From NCBI GenBank assembly GCA_013115145.1, contig JAAPAO010000216.1:1-51707 (forward strand): 51,707 nt of DNA. Direction: 5' to 3'. Each line of letters begins with the position of its first letter. Within the stretch, counting starts at the first letter, position 1. Position numbers and translations under genes: made by a program. This DNA comes from Perkinsus chesapeaki ATCC PRA-425. Its lineage: Eukaryota; Protista; Perkinsozoa. Shown here piece after piece: positions 44,572 to 51,707 of this stretch. The notes under the pieces were generated by a model. The model was not told where the DNA came from. It did no database searches and was given only the letters and a program-made list of their open reading frames with translations.

Positions 44572-45131
44572 ATTTAAACGATTAATGAATTCAATAAACT
44601 GAACAAAATGACGCGTGCCAATGATACTCTTACTTCTAGACTAACTCCTCATCAACAAACCCACAGTTACTAATAGAATGACAGTAACTGACAGCTTTAA
44701 CGAGAATAGCTTGTAGCGTTTTGATTCCCGCTTAGATACACAACGTCACACAATTATCTGTCTCCTCGGGAGAATCCCTGCGGGGATACCGCCTGAAGTC
44801 CATCTGACGGAGTTTGCCGAACGTGGCTCCTAACTAACGTAGTCTTGTTGGGTGATAAGCAAGTACACTCCTGCGATTCCAGCTCACGGAGTGGCAAGGC
44901 ATGTAGAGATAATAGCCTTACCAGTTCCACAACTGTCTCCACGTACGAGTATCTTGCGCGTCGTCGTGTTAATGTCCCCGTTTTCAGCTACAATACAGCT
45001 AGAACCCACGTGAACACGCCGAGTTTATTGTTCTACCTCTAGGTGGTGTTGTAGTAACTAGTTCTCATTGAGAGACTTCGATAGCTGTTTTACAGTCTCA
45101 ATTGAATTTTCTTTCATAAATACTAATAATA

Positions 45132-46238
45132 ATGTCAAGTGATCTTATTCTAAAGCTTCGTACAAGAACACAAACTATGAGGGTCAGAGTTGCCTCTGAG
45201 AAGTTGACTGATATGTGTCAAATCAAAGACTTCATTGAGAAGGCCTGGACTCAGTTGCAGGGCAAGCAGTATCGCGTGTACTATGTCGATGAGTTCGGCG
45301 AGATGTGCGTCTTGAACGACTTGTCTCTTGGTGATGCTATCGCAACTGTTAGAGAACAGGCTGCTGCTCTCGACATTACTCCTGTGTTGGACTTATACAT
45401 TCAAGACGAGGGTGAGGAAGTTCCACTATCATCTACCGCTCCTGAGGAAAACATCGCTCAAGAGGTTGATGTAGCTGATACTCTTGCACAGTTGTTGGAT
45501 GACATGGACTTCATGGACAGTATCGATGCCGCTGAGCAATTCGTTGATGGTTTGGTGGCAGCTAACTCCGACTTGGATGCCATACTCGGCCACTTGCGAG
45601 GTGAAAACAGCCCTATACAACGGAGGGCTGTTCCCGCTAGTGCTCCTGCTAAGTCTCTTGCGGCTCCTGAGAAGAAGTCCACGAAAGCCGTGCAGAAGGC
45701 TGCCAAGCCCTCTAAGGAGCCATCTACTACTGGCGAGATAGAAGCCAGCGGGTACGAGCAAGTTGGTGACAAGGCACCCAAGCAGTTCCATGTTGAGAGA
45801 CAGGTGTCTTCTGCGAAGGAGGCGTCTGATATGATGGTTGACCTTCTCTCGAAGATGGGCTTTGTCAATAGCAAGAAGGACGCCCAGGACCTCGTTGCCC
45901 AGCTCACTAGTGGTCCGGAGGATCTACAGAGAGTTGCGGATCATATTGAGGACTTGGTAGAAGGCAGAGAGCCTACTGTTATGGATGGTACTGCCAAACA
46001 GTTCATCGATATGCTGAACGACACTGGTGCGGTTCAGGACAGGGATGCTGCCGAGGACCTTGTGGGTGCATTGGTGGACGCTGAGCAAGATGTAGACAAG
46101 GTCTTCAACAACTTCTTGGAAAGAACCAATTCCAAGCAAGAACAGAAGGCTATTCAGCAGCCTCGGAAGTCTACGAGGAGGTCACATCGCAGTCGCCGTT
46201 CTTCCAGAAAGCAACAGGCCGCTCAAACCTCCGCGTAA
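45132..46238 (+). CDS. PB1-like + 3x UBA-like repeat protein, paralog 4 (368 aa)
   Basis: LILKL...YYVDEFGEMCVLND...PVLDLYIQ, repeats including LLSKMGFV, and an Arg/Ser-rich tail. Confidence 0.88.
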   Translation: MSSDLILKLRTRTQTMRVRVASEKLTDMCQIKDFIEKAWTQLQGKQYRVYYVDEFGEMCVLNDLSLGDAIATVREQAAALDITPVLDLYIQDEGEEVPLSSTAPEENIAQEVDVADTLAQLLDDMDFMDSIDAAEQFVDGLVAANSDLDAILGHLRGENSPIQRRAVPASAPAKSLAAPEKKSTKAVQKAAKPSKEPSTTGEIEASGYEQVGDKAPKQFHVERQVSSAKEASDMMVDLLSKMGFVNSKKDAQDLVAQLTSGPEDLQRVADHIEDLVEGREPTVMDGTAKQFIDMLNDTGAVQDRDAAEDLVGALVDAEQDVDKVFNNFLERTNSKQEQKAIQQPRKSTRRSHRSRRSSRKQQAAQTSA

Positions 46239-46853
46239 GTGCGTAGTTCCTTTATTTTTATACTCCAACTTATAAAATACTCATTCGGTGATATGACTTT
46301 GATTGCGGGATATATATTCCCATGAATTCCCATGTAATTGTTGTGTTGATAGCTATTAACTTGATACAAATCTAATAGTATTGGACTTTAAGAAGCCCTT
46401 CCCTGGGAGGGTATCGGAATGCGCTTCGAAAGTTGGCGGTGGCCTATGCGGTGTATGTTAACTATCCTGTTCTGATAACTCCGATAATTCAAAACATCCG
46501 ATAATTCCAGTATCTGGTATGAGAGATGTTCCCGTTCCCGAGAGCAACCCTCGGTAAGCTAGTGACAGTAGCACGTGCTCCACTTCCTGAGTCTAGGCAC
46601 TTACCTCCGGAGGATTATCTAGTGTAAACTGTTTAGGCATGAGAACCGGTCAATCGATCGTTGGCACCCGTAACTGGCCCATCCGGCCCCAGCGCGCCTA
46701 ATATAGCAAGCTGAAATGCGTGCGCAATTAGCACCGGATTCCTTCTTCTTGGGTCTGGAATCTATGAAGTGTATCAGTAGGACAGCTATTTGCTCTATCC
46801 TGCATTTACACCGCAATGTATCATCTCTACAGGAATTATCAAATTAGTTGTAA

Positions 46854-46874
46854 GTCGCTATCGTCTAGCGGTTA
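46854..46874 (+). pseudogene. Truncated tRNA-His 5' fragment
   Basis: GTCGCTATCGTCTAGCGGTTA matches 47538-47558 except one base, then diverges. The upstream flanks are also homologous. Confidence 0.65.
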
Positions 46875-47201
46875 TGGTTAAAGCCTGAGACAATCGCTAG
46901 CTCCGTATGTGCAGATATCAGGAAGAATGAGTCTCGGGCTAGGCCTTTCCGCTTTGGACTGGCGATGGCCTACTCAATGAGGTACTGTAGACTGATTGAA
47001 CTTCTATGCATCAAACCTTTGGCCACGCAGGGTAATGATTAGTGGATTCCCATACTACTAGATAGGCGGGCGGAGAGTTTAGTAGATCACTTCTACCGGG
47101 TAAACTTTTTGGGGCGACGAACTTGCTGGCGTGCGGCATCGTGTCACGCTGCGTCGCTGACATGGAGCGGACGAGCTGTACATACTAAGTAATCACATAT
47201 A

Positions 47202-47274
47202 GCCCAGATAGCTCAGTTGGGAGAGCGCCAGACTGAAGATCTGGAGGTCCTCAGTTCGATCCTGGGTCTGGGCA
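47202..47274 (+). tRNA. tRNA-Phe(GAA)
   Basis: GCCCAGATAGCTCAGTTGGGAGAGCGCCAGACTGAAGATCTGGAGGTCCTCAGTTCGATCCTGGGTCTGGGCA; intact cloverleaf. Confidence 0.96.
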
Positions 47275-47537
47275 TCTTCCTATGCCTGTCGTATGGTTGT
47301 CTGGTTCAAATTGTTCAGGCATGGAAAGCTGTCAATCGATTGGCGGAGCCCGTGACTGTCTTTCAACCCCAGCGCGCCAGAAACGAAAAATTCGTGCGCA
47401 CATCGCACTAGCTTGGTTCTTCATGTGTCTGGCGTTGAGGGTGCTACTTGTGTTAGTGGGACAGCTATATTCTCCACCATGTATGCATTGTATACGGCTA
47501 TGTATCGTCTTCACAAGATTTCTAAAACTAGTAGCAA

Positions 47538-47609
47538 GTCGCTATCGTCTAGTGGTTAGGACGTCACGTTGTGGCCGTGACAACCCCGGTTCAAATCCGG
47601 GTAGTGACT
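47538..47609 (+). tRNA. tRNA-His(GTG)
   Basis: Acceptor GTCGCTA/TAGTGAC, anticodon arm TCACG-TTGTGGC-CGTGA, T arm CCCGG-TTCAAAT-CCGGG. Confidence 0.95.
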
Positions 47610-48023
47610 TTATTTCCAAATTTATGTATAGTTCCAGACATAACCTGAAGGCTGGGTAGAAAACAGCAGTCTGATATATCTACAATTATCGTGGAAACTA
47701 AAACAACCACCAGCTCTGTGCATGCAGACATCTGAAAGAGGGAGTCTTTCGCGATGCATTTCCGCTCAGACCGGCGATCGTGCGCCCGATGAATTATACT
47801 AACTGACCTACGTAGATGCATTAGACCTTTGGCTCTGCGGGTTTTTGATCAATGAGACTCCATACTACTAGATAGGCGGGTGGAGGGTTGGTTATTTTGC
47901 TTTTACCGGGCGGACTTTTCGGAGCAACGAAATTGGTGGCGTGCGGCATTGAGTGTAACCATTTGTCACACTGCGTCTCAGACACGGAGCGCGCGAGTAG
48001 TACACACCGAACTAGTAGATGTA

Positions 48024-48096
48024 TCCCAGATAGCTCAGGCGGGAGAGCGCCGGACTGAAGATCTGTAGGTCCTGAGTTCGTTCTTGGATCTAGGCA
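48024..48096 (+). pseudogene. tRNA-Phe(GAA) pseudogene
   Basis: Full-length copy of 47202-47274 with mismatches in the acceptor stem (T-C, C-A), a disrupted T stem and an altered T loop (TTCGTTC). Confidence 0.8.
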
Positions 48097-48706
48097 TTTC
48101 ACATTGAGAGTTGTTATTTGGACCTCCCGGAGGGTTCATATGCGGTAGCTCCACTCATGCATTCTAACTAGCGGGGTGGTGAATCGAGCGCTACGAATGA
48201 ATGCTCAGCTCGCATCCCAAACTGTGATTTTAGGTGCATAGCCGCCGGCTGCGGCCAACCAACTTCACCTGCTCCATAATGTTCTTATATTCGAGCTGAT
48301 TATGCTCTAAAGTGCTCTGCCGGAAGGGACGGGCAAGGAAGTCGTAACCTGTTAATTGCACAGACATGCCGCATGCACGCAGCACGCCTCCTGGCACATA
48401 ACCTTTAACCTATACTTATGTGTCAACCTCTATGAAAAAAACGTACTAAAGCTTAACCTATTCTATTGGAATATGGTAGTCATGCACTCATAAACACTTC
48501 CGAACACTCCCTGGCTTGTTAATCACTTCCACAAGAACAACCTCATCTTAACGCAACATATGTTTTTTAAACGCTGAGGCTACTCAGACATTATGACACT
48601 GACGATAGCTTGGCTTAGAGAATAAAATTCATCACGGCAGTAGTGTTTCATAACTATGAATGGTATATTAAACTATGAATGTAAAAACATAAAATGGTCG
48701 AATAGC

Positions 48707-49864
48707 TTAGTCAAGCAAATCAACATGATCGGCCTTAGGATCGCGCGGATGCTTCGGTGCAGCCCAACCCCAACGAGGTTCTGTGGCCTGCATCGTGCGT
48801 CCAGACTTCCTCTGCTTCCTTTCATATCTCTTCACCTGCTTAGCAATGCATCTCTTAGCTCCTGCATCTTGCTGAGCTTGCTGCTCTTCGGGAGTAAGCA
48901 ATGGCTTCCTGTAGATGGGCTTGGAAGGACCGTGAATGAAGTGGTAGAGGATACTATCCAAATCCTGACCAGTAGCTTCAAGAGCATCAACCAGCTCATC
49001 AGCGCTCTTCTTGTTGGAAACGAAACCGTAGTCGTTGAGGAGCTTAGCAAGTCGTTTGCCGCTCTTTTCATTCTCCTCTCCACCTTCGGCCTTCTTCATA
49101 TCCATCGCGTCTTCTGACTCTGCCTTCTCCGCGCGGTGCTGCTCGTCGGCCCATCTCTTGATATGATCAGTAACCTGGTCTAGAGCACCAGTAGAAGGAA
49201 CGAGCTTCTTCACAAGCTCACGAGCGGCCTTCTTGCTATCAACAAAGCCGAGACCGGTAAGAAGATCTACCATGGTATCGATGGCTTCTTGCTCGTCAGA
49301 GACCTCTCTCTGAATCTTCAGTGGCTTGGTCTGCTTCTTGGCGGCCTTATGGGCAATGGCCTTGGTGGGCTTCTTCGCAGCAATCTTCTTGGCAGGTTGC
49401 TTCTTCGAGACTGGCTTTTCAGCCTTAGTCTTCATAAGCTCATCAGCGACCGCGTCCAAATCCTGACCAGCAGACTGGAGAACTTCTGCAAGCTCCTGTG
49501 CCATGGCAAAGCTTGGTATCATATCAAGATCAACAAGCTCATCCACAACACGGGACAAAGGATCCTCCACGATGACATCAGTCTCCTCCTCATCTTCGTC
49601 AACGGGTTGTACGTAGATGTTGAGAGTAGGCACTACAGACTCCTCGGCTAGAAGCAGAGCGTCCGCCAACGACACCTGGTTAAGAACGCATGCGTCGTCC
49701 AAGTCATCGATGTAGTAGAGCTGGTAAGGTATCTCCTTCAGATCGGGCCAGGCCATCTCTACATAACTGCAGATCTCTTCCATCTTCTCACATTTCTCAA
49801 ACGGGGCTCTCACTCGGAGGATGTCCGAATCGAGATGGAGTTTCAAACAGATTTCACTTGACAT
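48707..49864 (-). CDS. PB1-like + 3x UBA-like repeat protein, paralog 5 (385 aa)
   Basis: ICLKL...YYIDDLDDACVLNQ...PTLNIYVQ, repeats including LLTGLGFV and LLNDYGFV, and a unique basic C-terminal tail. Confidence 0.88.
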   Translation of the reverse strand: MSSEICLKLHLDSDILRVRAPFEKCEKMEEICSYVEMAWPDLKEIPYQLYYIDDLDDACVLNQVSLADALLLAEESVVPTLNIYVQPVDEDEEETDVIVEDPLSRVVDELVDLDMIPSFAMAQELAEVLQSAGQDLDAVADELMKTKAEKPVSKKQPAKKIAAKKPTKAIAHKAAKKQTKPLKIQREVSDEQEAIDTMVDLLTGLGFVDSKKAARELVKKLVPSTGALDQVTDHIKRWADEQHRAEKAESEDAMDMKKAEGGEENEKSGKRLAKLLNDYGFVSNKKSADELVDALEATGQDLDSILYHFIHGPSKPIYRKPLLTPEEQQAQQDAGAKRCIAKQVKRYERKQRKSGRTMQATEPRWGWAAPKHPRDPKADHVDLLD

Positions 49865-50412
49865 ATTAGTATTTAAAAAAAGAACGATTCAATATCTAAA
49901 ATACAATACAAACAAAAAATCTCTGACAATAGATTCATTATCATCGTCCTTTATTTAAGTTCCGAATGTAGAGTAGCAATGAGAATCTTCACCAGCACAG
50001 CCACAGCGTGCAGATGCACGCTTGTGACGCGCTGTCCCCCTGCCTACCATCGGAACGGAGAAAGGTGTAATCATCCCAAAGCTCCGAGCTTCTGGTATGC
50101 ACTAGTGCTCTTTCATCACTACTCTTGCTTTAAGTTAGGACTAGCTTGACGCTTGCGTCGGAGCGATCAGACTGAGGAACGATACGGCTTGGTAGACGCC
50201 AAAACGTATCCTGCGCCGCTTTGTTGCGCATCTTCAGCTTTGCGTCGGCTGGAGTTGTCCCGAAAAGATCGCTCTTCAACGAAATCATTAACAAACTGAA
50301 CAAGCTTCGTGGCGGGCTCATATAACGATAATCATTCTATTGTTTAAATATTATCTATTAATGCTTATGCTTCCAGTTATTTTGTTTTTAAATACTTTAT
50401 TCGTTATCGATT

Positions 50413-51447
50413 ATGTCCAGTGAGTTATGCCTCAAGTTCCATTTGGGCTATCAGGTCCTTCGTGTGCGTGTCAACCCTTCTGATTGCCAAACAGCATCTC
50501 AGTTGAGTGAGTACATTGAAAAGGCCTGGCCTCAGCTGCAGGGTGCGGTCTATCGTCTATTCTATACCGATGAGTCCGGCGAGATGTGTGTCTTGAACGA
50601 TCTCTCAATCGGAGATGCTATGAGCACCGCCGAGGAGGCCGCCAAGAAGTCAAACACCACACCGGTGTTGGATGTCTATGTGAAGGTCGATGGTGATGAG
50701 GACGAAGAGTCTGTGTCAGCTGCTCAGACTGCCACTGACTTGTTGAATGATTTGGATCTGATGACTGATCCTTATTATGCTCAACAGTTGGTGGACAGTT
50801 TAGTAGAGACTGGTCAGGACGTTGACAAGTTTGCTGATACATTGCAGACTAAGAAGGATCAACAGCAGAAGGTCGCTGCTAAGAAGCCATCTCTTGCACA
50901 GCGTATTGCTAACAAGTTCCATCCTGCTAAGAAGGAGGAAGCTGCTACTAAGGATTCCTCCAAGCCGCAGATGCAAGTCAGCTTTGATCAGACTGTTGAT
51001 AATGGTTCCGGTGCACCGAAGACTTCTCACTTTGAGAAGAATGTTTCCTCGGAAAAGGAGGCTAAGGATGCTATGGCTGATTTCTTAAAGAAGTCTGGTT
51101 ATACCAGCAACGAGAAGACTGCTGAGGACTTGGTTAACAGACTTTTTGGTCCCAGATCTGATTATTCTGGTTTCGAGAAGTTTGCCGACAATCTTCTAGA
51201 CTACGGTGATGCAAGCAAAGATGAGAAGAAGGCCGCTAAGAAGTCCTCCGATCTTCGTGCTTTGGATACCGATCAGTCAGCTAAGCAGTTTGCTGATATG
51301 CTTAATGACTTTGGCTTCGTCGACAACAGCACTGCTGCTCGTGAACTGACTAGCGCATTGATGGCCGCCCAGCAAGATCTCGATCAGATCGAGAAGAACT
51401 TCGCGGTTGAAACTGCTGCTGAGAAGGCTCAGAACAAGAGCAACTAA
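50413..51447 (+). CDS. PB1-like + 3x UBA-like repeat protein, paralog 6 (344 aa)
   Basis: LCLKF...FYTDESGEMCVLND...PVLDVYVK followed by three repeats. Closest to paralogs 2 and 3. Confidence 0.88.
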   Translation: MSSELCLKFHLGYQVLRVRVNPSDCQTASQLSEYIEKAWPQLQGAVYRLFYTDESGEMCVLNDLSIGDAMSTAEEAAKKSNTTPVLDVYVKVDGDEDEESVSAAQTATDLLNDLDLMTDPYYAQQLVDSLVETGQDVDKFADTLQTKKDQQQKVAAKKPSLAQRIANKFHPAKKEEAATKDSSKPQMQVSFDQTVDNGSGAPKTSHFEKNVSSEKEAKDAMADFLKKSGYTSNEKTAEDLVNRLFGPRSDYSGFEKFADNLLDYGDASKDEKKAAKKSSDLRALDTDQSAKQFADMLNDFGFVDNSTAARELTSALMAAQQDLDQIEKNFAVETAAEKAQNKSN

Positions 51448-51707
51448 AAACTATTCTCAAGACAGTTCAATGTACGGTAAAGCTGTATTGAGCTATCCTC
51501 CTTTACTATACACAATATCAATATAATGATACTCAATCTTATCTTTGACAATCAGTTCATTTTGTGTTACTAGTAGTTCCAATGGTACGATAATTAGGCG
51601 CTTATCGCAAACCTCTGACAATTCTAAGAACAGTATTTGACTCGACCTCCGTACGGCGGGCGTTTCGGGCTATAATATCCTTATTGTCTGTCCTCGTCTT
51701 TTTGCAC

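Noticed and set aside
40766-50412. Spliced-leader relics upstream of the intronless genes
   Set aside because: No match to the CCGTAGCCAT...GGCTCAAG leader was found by eye.
40118-51088. Long opposite-strand or off-frame ORFs over the PB1 genes (e.g. 40118-40720, 45429-45791, 45458-45907, 48656-49117)
   Set aside because: They are Leu/Ser-rich shadows caused by codon bias of the real genes and are not conserved as proteins among paralogs.
39680-51447. ATG8-interacting (LIR/AIM) motifs in the PB1 family, e.g. SFTPL or GYEQV
   Set aside because: The four-residue pattern is too common and the candidates are not conserved across paralogs.

Overview
Eukaryotic nuclear DNA with many short GT-AG introns and one 88-N gap. 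The intron style and gene content suggest a Perkinsus-like alveolate; this is inference only. Most ORFs in the supplied track are exon fragments or antisense shadows. From left to right the window holds: (1) tRNA-Lys and poorly resolved coding fragments; (2) a multi-exon DHX16/Prp2 DEAH splicing helicase (confident span 5557-13149) with an intronic 18-bp minisatellite and an antisense tRNA-Gln in its last intron; (3) four tandem DHA1/TetA-like MFS transporters, each with an unexplained ~300-aa C-terminal extension containing a duplicated motif, and each preceded by a tRNA-Gln or a tRNA-like remnant; (4) a long WD40 gene with an antisense intronic tRNA-Arg; (5) a coiled-coil gene; (6) six intronless paralogs encoding an N-terminal PB1-like domain plus three UBA-like helical repeats (p62/NBR1-like logic), interrupted by a duplicated tRNA-His/tRNA-Phe unit with reciprocal decay. 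The best candidates for undescribed systems are the PB1-(UBA-like)3 array and the MFS C-terminal domain. Exon boundaries were read by eye and no database search was run.
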